The notes under the pieces were generated by a model that was not told the DNA's origin, ran no database searches, and was given only the letters and a program-made list of their open reading frames with translations. From IMG/VR virus record IMGVR_UViG_3300049893_003686: 64,000 nucleotides of DNA, one strand, 5' to 3'. The number at the start of each line of letters is the position of its first letter. Position 1 is the stretch's first letter. Origin of the DNA: a virus. Position numbers and translations under genes: made by a program. Below are positions 7,287 through 17,278 of the stretch, in pieces.

Positions 7287-8768
7287 ATGGAATTTTCAAA
7301 ATTTCTACATACTGACAGTTATAAATTAGCTCACTTCGAGCAATATCCAGCAGCCAAGAAGATGGTTGCTTATGGTGAATTTCGCAAGCCGTATCCTAAT
7401 ATTAAAGATGAGCGAATTGTTGTATACGGCATACAGTATTTAGTAGATAAATTTTTAAACAAACAGTGGACGGTAGAAGAACTTAATGCCGCATCACAAT
7501 TTGCCAGCAAACATAATGCTGGTTTAAAAGAATACCCATTTCCTCGGAAATTATTTACCGACATGATTGCTGAAAATAACGGATACTTTCCAGTTAAGGT
7601 AGAGGCTGTTCCGGACGGAACAGTGGTATACCCACATGTGCCAGTGTATCAGATTACAGCAGAGGGGAAGTATTCGGGTCTGGTAACATACATCGAAAGT
7701 TTTCTGTCGCACTTATGGTATTCAACTACTGTAGCAACTCTTTCACGACATACTAAAACACTTATCAAAAATGCGTTCGATCTTACTGTAGATGATAATA
7801 TGAGGTGGTTACTTGGGAGTCGATTGCATGATTTTGGTTATCGAGGCTGTGCGTCTGATGAGCAGGCTATGATCGGAGGTGCCGCACACCTACTTAATTT
7901 TGATGGTACAGATACGATGCTAGCTGCTGCATATGCACACTATCAAAATAATGGAGAAGAATTTGCACAAAGTATTCCAGCTACAGAGCATTCGGTAATG
8001 ACATCATGGCCATCAGAAGTTGATGCAGTTCGAAATATGATCCACCACTACGGAGATGGTGTATTTGCCTGTGTAGCTGATAGCTATGACTATAAGCACT
8101 TTCTTCATCATGTATTGCCAGCAGTAGCAGCTGATGTGCAGGCTAAGGGCGGCACAATGGTAATTAGACCAGACTCTGGCGATCCACTTAAATCAGTGAT
8201 AGACGGACTCTATGCTTGTCAAAGATATTTTGGAATATCCTATAATAAAAAGGGATTTAAGGTACTGAACAATAGCGCAATAATTCAAGGTGACGGCATT
8301 AATATAGAGATAGTTGATAACATACTTACTGAGGTTATTAATAATGGATTCAGCGCACAGAACGTAGCCTTCGGCATGGGCGCCGGCCTATTACATAAAC
8401 ATAATAGAGATACTATGAGTTTTGCCACTAAGTTATCATATATTGAATATGCAGATGGGACAAGTAGGAACATTATGAAGGCACCTAAAACGGATCCGGA
8501 GAAGTACTCACTACCTGGTATACTTAAGGTAATTAATGATGACCTATTGAAGGTTGGAACAGAAGAAGATCGTGGTAATAACTTGCTGATAACAGTGTAT
8601 GATGGCAGACCAGTAGATTTTAAAGAGAAATTTTCTAACATCCGCGCTAAGGTAGAACATCAATGGAATCTCTTACCGCCTAAAGTAGAAAACCTATTTA
8701 CAGATAAGTTAAAGATGAAGATAAATGAGACAATCTTTAACTTAAGAAATAGCACGTCCAAATCCTAA
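7287..8768 (+). CDS. nadV: Nicotinamide phosphoribosyltransferase (NAMPT)
   Basis: The N-terminal HTDSYKLAHFEQYP matches the TDSYK signature. CGGAGGAA SD at 7273-7280. The length (~493 aa) and the GYRG and GDG blocks fit NAMPT. The track start at 7215 is probably an upstream extension. Confidence 0.9.
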   Translation: MEFSKFLHTDSYKLAHFEQYPAAKKMVAYGEFRKPYPNIKDERIVVYGIQYLVDKFLNKQWTVEELNAASQFASKHNAGLKEYPFPRKLFTDMIAENNGYFPVKVEAVPDGTVVYPHVPVYQITAEGKYSGLVTYIESFLSHLWYSTTVATLSRHTKTLIKNAFDLTVDDNMRWLLGSRLHDFGYRGCASDEQAMIGGAAHLLNFDGTDTMLAAAYAHYQNNGEEFAQSIPATEHSVMTSWPSEVDAVRNMIHHYGDGVFACVADSYDYKHFLHHVLPAVAADVQAKGGTMVIRPDSGDPLKSVIDGLYACQRYFGISYNKKGFKVLNNSAIIQGDGINIEIVDNILTEVINNGFSAQNVAFGMGAGLLHKHNRDTMSFATKLSYIEYADGTSRNIMKAPKTDPEKYSLPGILKVINDDLLKVGTEEDRGNNLLITVYDGRPVDFKEKFSNIRAKVEHQWNLLPPKVENLFTDKLKMKINETIFNLRNSTSKS

Positions 8769-8812
8769 AATAGTATTTAGGAATAAATTTCACCATCTCA
8801 ATAAAAAATCTT

Positions 8813-9016
8813 ATGATAACAAGATTAAAACAAAGTCTGAATTTGATTTTAAAAAAACTATCACAGGAGCATAAATCTTCTTTAGATTATGATATTCCTG
8901 AGTTAAATACAATATGCTGGAAATCCCCAGCGTATCCAACTCAAATTCATAAAGAAATACAGTTATTTGATAATGATATAATTAAATGGGAGAGGTATTT
9001 CCCAAGAGTGGAGTAG
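8813..9016 (+). CDS. Hypothetical protein
   Basis: 67-aa ORF only. Confidence 0.5.
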   Translation: MITRLKQSLNLILKKLSQEHKSSLDYDIPELNTICWKSPAYPTQIHKEIQLFDNDIIKWERYFPRVE

Positions 9017-9023
9017 AATTAAG

Positions 9024-9149
9024 ATGGCTAATATAATATATAGATTATTGCTGATTATGGCAGTACCAGCATTAATATTTGGATTATTCACTAAATGCTG
9101 GGCACCACTCAATATCTATAGAAAGTGTATACTTGTGAATTTTGAATAA
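9024..9149 (+). CDS. Possible 41-aa membrane peptide
   Basis: ATG 9024, stop 9147-9149. Hydrophobic core LLLIMAVPALIFGLF. Below the ORF-track cutoff. Confidence 0.3.
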   Translation: MANIIYRLLLIMAVPALIFGLFTKCWAPLNIYRKCILVNFE

Positions 9150-9168
9150 AGTTATTAAGGATTAGTAT

Positions 9169-9417
9169 ATGGAAAGAACGCAAATACAAGAAAGGCTCAG
9201 GTTATTAACGGAACGACAGACACTTTTAAGAGAATATTTGATGCGTCCACTGCAAGTGGCTAAAGATAAATCAAAATTATCAATAGTTGATATTAAGAAG
9301 CATCAGGTCTTACCACAACACCTATGGAAAGAAATGCAACTGCAATATTTTAAAACCTCAAAGGAAATTGAAACACTTACTGCTCAAATTGTCGATCACG
9401 GTCAAAATAAAATATGA
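9169..9417 (+). CDS. Hypothetical protein (coiled-coil-like)
   Basis: 82-aa ORF with an ATGA overlap to the next gene. Confidence 0.55.
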   Translation: MERTQIQERLRLLTERQTLLREYLMRPLQVAKDKSKLSIVDIKKHQVLPQHLWKEMQLQYFKTSKEIETLTAQIVDHGQNKI

Positions 9418-9809
9418 TACCGACTACGCTAAATACTTTAGAACAAGCACTTACAACTGGATTTTGGGAAGACCTTTTAGAGGTTTTACTTAAGCTTAAA
9501 GCTGATAAACAAGAATTGCCTAAGCAATTTAGAGGAGTGAAGAATATATATAAGGCTAAGGACCTCAAAGGGCTCTGTTTTGATCGATTAGGTGATGATC
9601 CAGATTGTGAATGGATTTTAGATGATAGACTATGGGGAGTTTTTCAAAAGCATAAAATTACAGGATACTTCGCCCATCTCGATGATAGCACGACTACATA
9701 TATTGGAACTTACTTCATGGAAGGATATGCATATAAAGCAGATGTGCTTCATAAAATGGATATGAATATTGTAGTGCGAGCGGCAGAGGAATTAAAACCT
9801 AAGGTATAA
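9414..9809 (+). CDS. Hypothetical protein
   Basis: 131-aa ORF, translationally coupled to the upstream gene. Confidence 0.6.
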   Translation: MIPTTLNTLEQALTTGFWEDLLEVLLKLKADKQELPKQFRGVKNIYKAKDLKGLCFDRLGDDPDCEWILDDRLWGVFQKHKITGYFAHLDDSTTTYIGTYFMEGYAYKADVLHKMDMNIVVRAAEELKPKV

Positions 9810-9816
9810 TTCATAC

Positions 9817-10827
9817 TTGCGGGAAGCAAAGACACTGATGCTAATTCCATGGAAAACAATACGCTCATTGCTATTTCGTCTAGATGCGGAAGATGCACAT
9901 AGTTTAGCAATTAAATATTTAAAAATATTATCCAAAGCACTCCCAGCTACATCACCAAATATTAGCTCCCCTGTAGAAGTATTCGGCGTACAATTTCCTA
10001 ACCCTTTAGGCTTAGCAGCTGGATTTGATAAAGACGGTGAAGCCATACTTGCCTGGCAAAGACTTGGCTTCGGATTTGTTGAAGCAGGGACAGTAACCGC
10101 ACATCCTCAACAAGGAAATCCTCGTCCGCGTCTAACTAGGATACCAGAGCACTATGCGCTTAAAAATTGTATGGGCTTCAATAATGCCGGAGCCAAGGCC
10201 TTAGGAATTAAGCTGCAAAAGTTACGCGACAAAGAAATAGTAAATATTCCAATAGGAATTAATATTGGAAAATCAAAAATAGTATCAAATGAAGAGGTAA
10301 TACAAGACTATTGCAAGTCGTTCTCATATATAAAAGACGTAGCTGATTATGTCGCAATAAATATCTCAAGCCCAAACACTCCAAGCTTACGAGATCTTCA
10401 GACTGCTAATATGATTAAAAAAATCATGGATGCTTTAATGGAATTAAATCGCAAGCAGGTACCGATACTTATCAAACTTTCTCCAGATTTGGATGATGAT
10501 ACATTAATAAGCTGTGCCATAGGAGCTATTGACTGTGGAGCCCAAGGTCTTATATTAGCAAATACATCTACCTCTACAGGACTGATGCCTAACATGAGCG
10601 GAGGAGTTTCCGGTCAACCTATACGAGAGCGAGCGAATTCCACAATTAAACTCATTAGGACTGCCGTTAGTGATAAGATTCCATTAATTGGAGTTGGAGG
10701 AATAATTGATCATAATGATGCCAACGAGAGGATTAAATCAGGAGCTACGCTTATACAGGCATACACTGGATTTGTTTATGGTGGACCATCGTTTGCAAAA
10801 GACATCATTCGACAATTAGATATATGA
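9817..10827 (+). CDS. pyrD: Dihydroorotate dehydrogenase (quinone), class 2
   Basis: Motifs FPNPLGLAAGFDKDGEA, GFGFVEAGTVT, GNPRPRL and MGFNNAG. The start may be TTG 9817 or ATG 9838. Confidence 0.9.
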   Translation: MREAKTLMLIPWKTIRSLLFRLDAEDAHSLAIKYLKILSKALPATSPNISSPVEVFGVQFPNPLGLAAGFDKDGEAILAWQRLGFGFVEAGTVTAHPQQGNPRPRLTRIPEHYALKNCMGFNNAGAKALGIKLQKLRDKEIVNIPIGINIGKSKIVSNEEVIQDYCKSFSYIKDVADYVAINISSPNTPSLRDLQTANMIKKIMDALMELNRKQVPILIKLSPDLDDDTLISCAIGAIDCGAQGLILANTSTSTGLMPNMSGGVSGQPIRERANSTIKLIRTAVSDKIPLIGVGGIIDHNDANERIKSGATLIQAYTGFVYGGPSFAKDIIRQLDI

Positions 10828-10828
10828 A

Positions 10829-11035
10829 ATGCAGTTCATAGATAAAAATACATACATTGTAATGCTATGGAATATGATACATGGCTGGATACCAGTCACA
10901 AACCCTTTAACTCAAGAGCTAGCAGAAGCCGCATGGCATAGTTTAACGTGTTCAGGCACACTAAATTCCAAATACGAAGACGGCAATTACTTTAAGATCT
11001 TCATACATAGCACTACAGATACCATACAGGATTAA
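10829..11035 (+). CDS. Hypothetical protein
   Basis: 68-aa ORF abutting pyrD. Confidence 0.5.
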   Translation: MQFIDKNTYIVMLWNMIHGWIPVTNPLTQELAEAAWHSLTCSGTLNSKYEDGNYFKIFIHSTTDTIQD

Positions 11036-11039
11036 CAAA

Positions 11040-12137
11040 ATGAAGCTACCGACATTATTTTCTCGTACCTCCAGTGGGGCTATCCAAATATGGGAAGTTG
11101 AAGTAATTGATAATAAACATCGCGTAATATCAGGACAGATTGATGGGCAAAAAGTTCAGTCAGAATGGACTGTGTGCGTATCAAAAAATATCGGAAAAAG
11201 CAATGAGACATCTCCAGCTCAGCAGGCCGAACTAGAAGCAGGAGCTAAGTGGAAGAAGAAATTAGAGTCCGGCTATAAGGAGTCTATAGCCGATATAGAT
11301 CAGGTAGGTTTTATTGAGCCAATGCTAGCCAAATCATTTAGTGATTATGAACACGAGATCAAATATCCTGTGTTTAGTCAGCCTAAGTATGACGGGATTA
11401 GGTGTGTAGCTACAAAAAATGGCCTCAGTAGTAGAGGTGGCAAAAGATTCTCTAGCGTACCTCATATAATGGAGGCACTACGACCAATATTTGATAAATT
11501 CCCGCAGCTAGCTTTTGACGGCGAACTATACTGCGATAAATTTGCTAATGATTTTAATCAAATATGCTCTCTCGTAAAGAAGTCAAAGCCATCTACTCAA
11601 GACCTTAAAAATAGTGCTGAAGCAATAGAGTATTGGGTATATGATATTCCCAATGATGAGATGAACATATTTTCAGACCGATATGAGCTACTAGCCACTT
11701 TATTAAAAGATGCGCCAAAGTGCATTAGGATTGTTCCCACACGAATAGTCTATGATAAGTCCCAATTAGATAACGAATATTCTTCATACCTAGAGTTAGG
11801 ATATGAAGGACAGATGGTTCGACTTAATGGCCCTTATGAGAATAAGAGAAGCAAGTTTCTCTTAAAAAGAAAAGAATTTGTTGATAATGAATATCTGATA
11901 GTTGATATAATTGAGGGCGACGGCAACAAGAGTAATATGGCAGCCTCTATGCTATTGCGAGACTCTACTAGTAAAGAATTTAATTCAAATATTAAAGGTA
12001 ATAGACAATATCTACGCAAACTCTTAATAGACAAGAATAACCTTTTAGGCAAACTGGCAACAGTGAAATATTTTAATTTAACGCCTGATGGTATACCTAG
12101 ATTCCCATATGTGATTGCCATAAGAGATTATGAGTAG
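11040..12137 (+). CDS. ATP-dependent DNA ligase (T7-like size)
   Basis: Motif I KxDG is present as SQPKYDGIRC. The 365-aa length and the EGQMVR and LLKRK blocks resemble adenylation and OB-domain motifs. Confidence 0.9.
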   Translation: MKLPTLFSRTSSGAIQIWEVEVIDNKHRVISGQIDGQKVQSEWTVCVSKNIGKSNETSPAQQAELEAGAKWKKKLESGYKESIADIDQVGFIEPMLAKSFSDYEHEIKYPVFSQPKYDGIRCVATKNGLSSRGGKRFSSVPHIMEALRPIFDKFPQLAFDGELYCDKFANDFNQICSLVKKSKPSTQDLKNSAEAIEYWVYDIPNDEMNIFSDRYELLATLLKDAPKCIRIVPTRIVYDKSQLDNEYSSYLELGYEGQMVRLNGPYENKRSKFLLKRKEFVDNEYLIVDIIEGDGNKSNMAASMLLRDSTSKEFNSNIKGNRQYLRKLLIDKNNLLGKLATVKYFNLTPDGIPRFPYVIAIRDYE

Positions 12138-12161
12138 AGATATTACAATATAGGAGCGGCA

Positions 12162-13163
12162 GTGACTTTAAATAGTGATTGGCAAATGGCCAAAGTGACA
12201 GACCCTAATATAATAAATTTGGCTGTAGGGGAACCATACTTCCTGCAAAATGCATTGCGACAAAGTAATATTCTAGATAAATGTACTGTACGACTATCTG
12301 GTTTAGAGTACCCACCTTTTGGAGGAGAACCTAAATTAATTGAAGCTATCAAACGGTTGCCTAACTTCGGTGACTATAAGCATGTAGTAATTACTAATGG
12401 GGCAAAGCAGGCCATCTCAGCAGCACTGTATGCTGCAACTGAAGTTAGGCATGCCAAGCGACTCGTACATAGTGCCCCATACTGGCCGTCGTACCCAACT
12501 CTAGCATATCAATGTGGACTTCAGTTCTCTGAAATAGGGAGTGGGTTAGATACGGTAGTTGCCATAACATCGCCAAATAATCCAGATGGAATGCAGGTAT
12601 CGGAACAGAAGTGTTATATTTGGGACGCAGCATATGCGTCTCCTCTATATGGATATAAGGGGGATCATCCGACTGCTGAAGTAGCTATAGTAAGCCTAGC
12701 TAAGTCTTTAGGCATATCAGGGTTACGTATAGGAGCAGCACTTACAAATGATGATGTGCTGGCAAAGTACATGGCATATTTCGTTGAAATATCAACTAGC
12801 GGAGTATCTACAACAGCACAAGAGCAGTGTACAATGCTCATCAAGCATATACTTTCAGATGGAAGTGACGAATTCGCTTCAGTTATTGAGCGCGCTAGAA
12901 GCACACTATCGAACAATCGCAGCTTATTTCGTCAAGTATTATTACCGATTTGTGATGAGGCCAAATTTTCTCACGGTATGTTTGCCTGGTTTAAGCCCAA
13001 TAATAAAGTTGAATTCTCAAATATACTTGAGCATGCAGGAGTTAGGGTAGTAGATGGAGGGGCCTGCGGCGTTCAGGGATGGTTTAGAATGAGTTTAGGA
13101 CTGGATATAAATGCATTTACTGCAGCGATAGAAGCGATATCAACACATATATCAGATCAATAA
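12162..13163 (+). CDS. PLP-dependent aminotransferase, class I/II
   Basis: NLAVGEP, ITSPNNPDG, and SLAKSLGISGLRIGA (the PLP-lysine motif S-x-x-K..G-x-R-x-G). GTG start at 12162 or ATG at 12186. Confidence 0.8.
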   Translation: MTLNSDWQMAKVTDPNIINLAVGEPYFLQNALRQSNILDKCTVRLSGLEYPPFGGEPKLIEAIKRLPNFGDYKHVVITNGAKQAISAALYAATEVRHAKRLVHSAPYWPSYPTLAYQCGLQFSEIGSGLDTVVAITSPNNPDGMQVSEQKCYIWDAAYASPLYGYKGDHPTAEVAIVSLAKSLGISGLRIGAALTNDDVLAKYMAYFVEISTSGVSTTAQEQCTMLIKHILSDGSDEFASVIERARSTLSNNRSLFRQVLLPICDEAKFSHGMFAWFKPNNKVEFSNILEHAGVRVVDGGACGVQGWFRMSLGLDINAFTAAIEAISTHISDQ

Positions 13164-13186
13164 AATTCATAATATTAGGAGATAAT

Positions 13187-13396
13187 ATGCCGTTATTTGA
13201 TTACAAATGTAAGTTATGTAATAGTAAAACAGAGTATCTACTCAAAAATAGCGATGAGATTCCCTATATATGCGAGAATTGTGGGGCAGTATTATCATTA
13301 GTTAAAGAGATATCTAGAAGCACATTTGCATTAAAGGGCTCTGGATGGTATAAGGACCTCTATGGAAATAAATCAGAGACGTCATCAAGTAATTAA
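13187..13396 (+). CDS. FmdB-family zinc-ribbon protein
   Basis: MPLFDYKCKLC..CENCG follows the CxxC..CxxC pattern typical of this family. AGGAG SD. Confidence 0.7.
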   Translation: MPLFDYKCKLCNSKTEYLLKNSDEIPYICENCGAVLSLVKEISRSTFALKGSGWYKDLYGNKSETSSSN

Positions 13397-13557
13397 TTAC
13401 ACCAGTGTAGCTAAGCATACATATTAAGATTGATTACTGCATAAGGAAATATGCAGGCTATGCAATCACAAAAGCTGGTTACCAACGAAGCTTTCAGCTC
13501 ACAATATAATAGATGAGTAAAGTATAAAGATTCACTCTCTTCAAGGAAAGATTACAA

Positions 13558-14136
13558 ATGACTATATGGTTCACCAGCGACCTTCATTTCGGACACGCAA
13601 ATATCATCAAATACTGCAAAAGACCCTATTCTAATGTTGATGATATGAATGAAGCTCTAATAGATAATTGGAATAGCATAGTGCAGAAGGATGATATTGT
13701 ATATGTCCTAGGAGATTTTGCATACGGAAGGCACTTTACACCAGATAAAGCAGCGCGTGTGCTACAGAGATTATCAGGGATTAAAGTTCTAATTGCCGGA
13801 AACCATGATGAAGACAACTTAAGATCTTCACAATTTCGCTCTAAGTTCGAAGAGATACATTCATTATTTGAGCTAAAAATTCCACCAAAGCGTGGTGAAC
13901 GACACGGCACTATGATTGTAATGTGCCATTACCCTATGCGCAAATGGAATCAGTCACATAGAGGATCTATTCATCTGTTCGGACATGAGCATGGGTCTTC
14001 GCCTGAAGATAAGGCATCTCGTAGTATGGATGTTGGAGTAGATTGCCATAATTATTACCCAATTTCTTTTGAAGAAGTTTTGGAAAAAATGGAAACTAAG
14101 ACCTGGAAGCCCAAACGAAATAATAATGAGGAATAG
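13558..14136 (+). CDS. Calcineurin-like metallophosphoesterase
   Basis: SDLHFGH, LGDF, GNHD and GHEH motifs in the canonical order. Confidence 0.8.
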   Translation: MTIWFTSDLHFGHANIIKYCKRPYSNVDDMNEALIDNWNSIVQKDDIVYVLGDFAYGRHFTPDKAARVLQRLSGIKVLIAGNHDEDNLRSSQFRSKFEEIHSLFELKIPPKRGERHGTMIVMCHYPMRKWNQSHRGSIHLFGHEHGSSPEDKASRSMDVGVDCHNYYPISFEEVLEKMETKTWKPKRNNNEE

Positions 14137-14139
14137 AAA

Positions 14140-14592
14140 ATGAAGAAGGCATATATCTACGCACCGTTACCACAAGCAGTTCATCATTATTTTCCCAAAG
14201 ATCGAGGAGGAGATGATGACAGCGAACCACACTGTACGATCTTATATGTTGGCGAGATACAAGATTCACTAATACCTAAGTTAAAACAGATTCTTGATGA
14301 AGCTACAAGTGATATGCCACCTATCAAATGTAGTTTTGGACAATTAAAATCATTTCCGGGCGGGGAATACGGAGTGCCGTGGTACGTAGAGATAGATGCG
14401 GATCAAGCACTAGAGCAATTACATAAATCATTATGGAAGAACCTAGAAAACGCAGGTATTGATGTACAGCACAGGTTTAAAAACTATAAGCCACACGCTA
14501 CACTCAAATATCTTCCTGAAGGTAAGAAATATTCCGGAGATATTCCTGTAGGCGACTTCAGTATTTCTGTGGTAGAATTAGATATCCAATAA
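14140..14592 (+). CDS. 2H phosphoesterase superfamily protein (LigT/2'-5' RNA ligase-like or Acb1-like)
   Basis: Two H-x-T-x motifs (HCTI near aa 31 and HATL near aa 118) in a 150-aa protein. Confidence 0.65.
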   Translation: MKKAYIYAPLPQAVHHYFPKDRGGDDDSEPHCTILYVGEIQDSLIPKLKQILDEATSDMPPIKCSFGQLKSFPGGEYGVPWYVEIDADQALEQLHKSLWKNLENAGIDVQHRFKNYKPHATLKYLPEGKKYSGDIPVGDFSISVVELDIQ

Positions 14593-14627
14593 CCATAATT
14601 ATAGTATAATTAGAAGTAATATCAATT

Positions 14628-17222
14628 ATGAATCCAGGCAAATATACACTACAAGCACAGTCTCTATTTATTGACAGCCAGCGAATTGCTAAAGCATATC
14701 AGCACCAGGCAATTGAGCCCGAGCATATGCTGAAGGCACTATTGCAAAATAAGCATGTCTGCAGTGCATTAAGCAAATATACTATCATTAGCGAGCTTGA
14801 GCGTAAAATAGATTTAGAACTACATAAGATACCTCAAGTGCAGGCAGTGAATTATTTGTCACCACGATTTCTTAAAATTGCTTCTGCAGCAGAGGTAATC
14901 GCTACAAAAGCAAACGTTAAGACCGACATAGTGCATTTCTTACTAGCTCTTACCGACGCACGTGTAAATACTTCGATGAGCGGAAGAATATTGCGCGATG
15001 CGGGCTTGACCAGAGAGTATATCGAAGGTGGTATGGCAAGAGCTGGTAAGCCAAAGCAGAAAGCAACAACGGACTCTGCAGTTAGCAAATACGCCATTGA
15101 TCTCACTCAGCGCGCTAGGGACGGGAAAATAGACCCTATAATTGGCAGGGACGAGGAGATACGTAGAATCATTCAGGTTCTCTCCCGACGTTCGAAGAAT
15201 AGTCCAATTCTAATAGGCAAACCAGGTGTAGGGAAAAATACAATTATAAATGGGCTTGCACAGCGAATTGCGGCAGGAGATGTCCCATCCCCACTAATAG
15301 ATTGTAGAATCATGGCGCTAGATATGGGAGCGCTGTTGGCCGGAGCATCATTGCGTGGCCAATTCGAAGAGCGCATGAAGGCAGTAATTGCTGAGGTAAA
15401 TCAAGAAGATGAGAATATCATTTTGTTTATCGATGAAATCCATACATTGGTAGGAGCCGGTGGAGAGGGGGCATCTGATGCTAGTCAGATGCTAAAACCC
15501 CCGCTTGCTCGTGGCGAGATTCAGGTACTTGGAGCTACCACACCAGACGAATATCGCAATTCAATCGAGAAAGATAAGGCTTTGGAGCGTAGATTCCAAC
15601 CCATTCTTGTCGAAGAACCATCATATGATGAGACATTGCGAATTTTACGCGGAATAAAGACCAAATATGAAGTTCATCACGGGGTTCGCATCCAAGATGC
15701 TTCCCTATCTGCTGCCATAAAGTTCTCACAACGGTATATATCTGGACGACATCTACCAGATAAAGCCATTGATTTAATTGATGAGGCAGCCTCTAGGTTG
15801 CGGGTGGCAATAGATTCTGTGCCAGATGAGCTTGATAGTGAAAGTAGAAAGCTAACTCAATTAAAGATGGAATTAGCTGCAATTCATGGTGACTCTGGAC
15901 ACGATACGCACGAGCATAAGAGTAGATTGGAGCATCAAATTTCAGAGGCGGAGAAATCAGTATCAGGATTGAAGTCCAGATGGGAATCCGAGGTTAGCCT
16001 TATACAATCAATTAGGGCTATCAAGGAAGGTATAGAAGAGTCTAGCGCTAAGCTAGAATCCGAAACTAGAAGTGGAAATATAAGCAAGGCCTCAGAATTA
16101 AAGTACGGACAACTACAACGTCTAAAGGCAGATTTAGAAGTAACTACACGCGATTTAAAATCACTACAAAAAGATGCCCCGCTTATCAAAGAAGAGGTAG
16201 ATCCTAGCGATATTGCCGGCGTAGTAGGTGACATTACAGGAATTCCAATTGCATCAATGCTAGAGTCCGAAAAGGAAAAGCTGCGCAACATGGAACAGTA
16301 CTTATCATCACGTGTAATTGGACAAAAGGAGGCATTAAAGGCGATATCTCAAGCCATTCGCCGTAGTCGCTCAGGCCTTAATGATCCAAATCGACCAGTA
16401 GGTAGCTTCTTTTTTCTGGGCCCAACAGGTGTCGGGAAAACTGAGTTAGCTAAAGCGCTTACCCAATTTCTCTTTGATGACGAACGATCTATGATTCGCT
16501 TGGATATGAGTGAATTCCAAGAAAAGCATACTGTAGCGCGACTTATCGGAGCTCCTCCAGGATATAAAGGTGCCGATGATGGAGGGCAATTAACTGAAGC
16601 CGTCAGACTTAAACCATACTCAGTCATCCTATTTGACGAAGTAGAAAAAGCGCACCCTGATATATTCAATATATTATTGCAAGTACTTGATGATGGTCGA
16701 CTAACAGATAGTCAGAGTAGGCTCGTAGATTTCAAGAATACGGTTATTATTATGACATCAAATGTAGGTTCGCAGCATCTACTTACAGCTACAGCCAGTG
16801 ATGGCAGTCTGCCTGATGAGGCAAAAAATGCAGCATTCTCCGATCTACGAAAGTTATTTAGACCAGAATTTCTTGGAAGAATTGATGACGTAATCATGTT
16901 TCACGGTCTCACCAGAAATAATATAGAACATATTGCCAACATTCAACTAAAGAAAGTTTCAGGAATGTTGGCGACACGTAAATTAACGATGAATATATCA
17001 GAAGCAGCACTTAAGGCCATAGTAGATGCTGGGTTTGAGCCACAATTCGGAGCACGACCATTAAGAAGAGCAATCCAGCGTTGGCTGCAAGATCCATTAT
17101 CTTCAGCTATTCTTGAAGGGGGCTACACAGAAGGTGACACCGTATCTGTAGATTTAGCAGAGGATGATGAAAATACAGGCCTTATATTTAGGCGTATAAA
17201 CACTAATGTGAAAAGCAACTAA
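14628..17222 (+). CDS. clpB: ClpB-type AAA+ disaggregase
   Basis: Clp N-domain, two Walker A loops (GKPGVGKN and GPTGVGKT), a long coiled-coil middle domain between them, and 864 aa. Confidence 0.95.
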   Translation: MNPGKYTLQAQSLFIDSQRIAKAYQHQAIEPEHMLKALLQNKHVCSALSKYTIISELERKIDLELHKIPQVQAVNYLSPRFLKIASAAEVIATKANVKTDIVHFLLALTDARVNTSMSGRILRDAGLTREYIEGGMARAGKPKQKATTDSAVSKYAIDLTQRARDGKIDPIIGRDEEIRRIIQVLSRRSKNSPILIGKPGVGKNTIINGLAQRIAAGDVPSPLIDCRIMALDMGALLAGASLRGQFEERMKAVIAEVNQEDENIILFIDEIHTLVGAGGEGASDASQMLKPPLARGEIQVLGATTPDEYRNSIEKDKALERRFQPILVEEPSYDETLRILRGIKTKYEVHHGVRIQDASLSAAIKFSQRYISGRHLPDKAIDLIDEAASRLRVAIDSVPDELDSESRKLTQLKMELAAIHGDSGHDTHEHKSRLEHQISEAEKSVSGLKSRWESEVSLIQSIRAIKEGIEESSAKLESETRSGNISKASELKYGQLQRLKADLEVTTRDLKSLQKDAPLIKEEVDPSDIAGVVGDITGIPIASMLESEKEKLRNMEQYLSSRVIGQKEALKAISQAIRRSRSGLNDPNRPVGSFFFLGPTGVGKTELAKALTQFLFDDERSMIRLDMSEFQEKHTVARLIGAPPGYKGADDGGQLTEAVRLKPYSVILFDEVEKAHPDIFNILLQVLDDGRLTDSQSRLVDFKNTVIIMTSNVGSQHLLTATASDGSLPDEAKNAAFSDLRKLFRPEFLGRIDDVIMFHGLTRNNIEHIANIQLKKVSGMLATRKLTMNISEAALKAIVDAGFEPQFGARPLRRAIQRWLQDPLSSAILEGGYTEGDTVSVDLAEDDENTGLIFRRINTNVKSN

Positions 17223-17278
17223 TATAGTCCTGCAGTAACGGAAATCATAATAATGACTACCTCCTATAAAGAGAATAT

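Noticed and set aside
12748-13050. 100-aa plus-strand ORF in another frame of the aminotransferase gene
   Set aside because: It is nested in a gene with clear PLP-enzyme motifs, and nothing independent supports it.
14852-16897. Six antisense ORFs (61-118 aa) inside clpB
   Set aside because: They are shadow ORFs opposite a gene with unambiguous motifs. They have no start context and are of low complexity.
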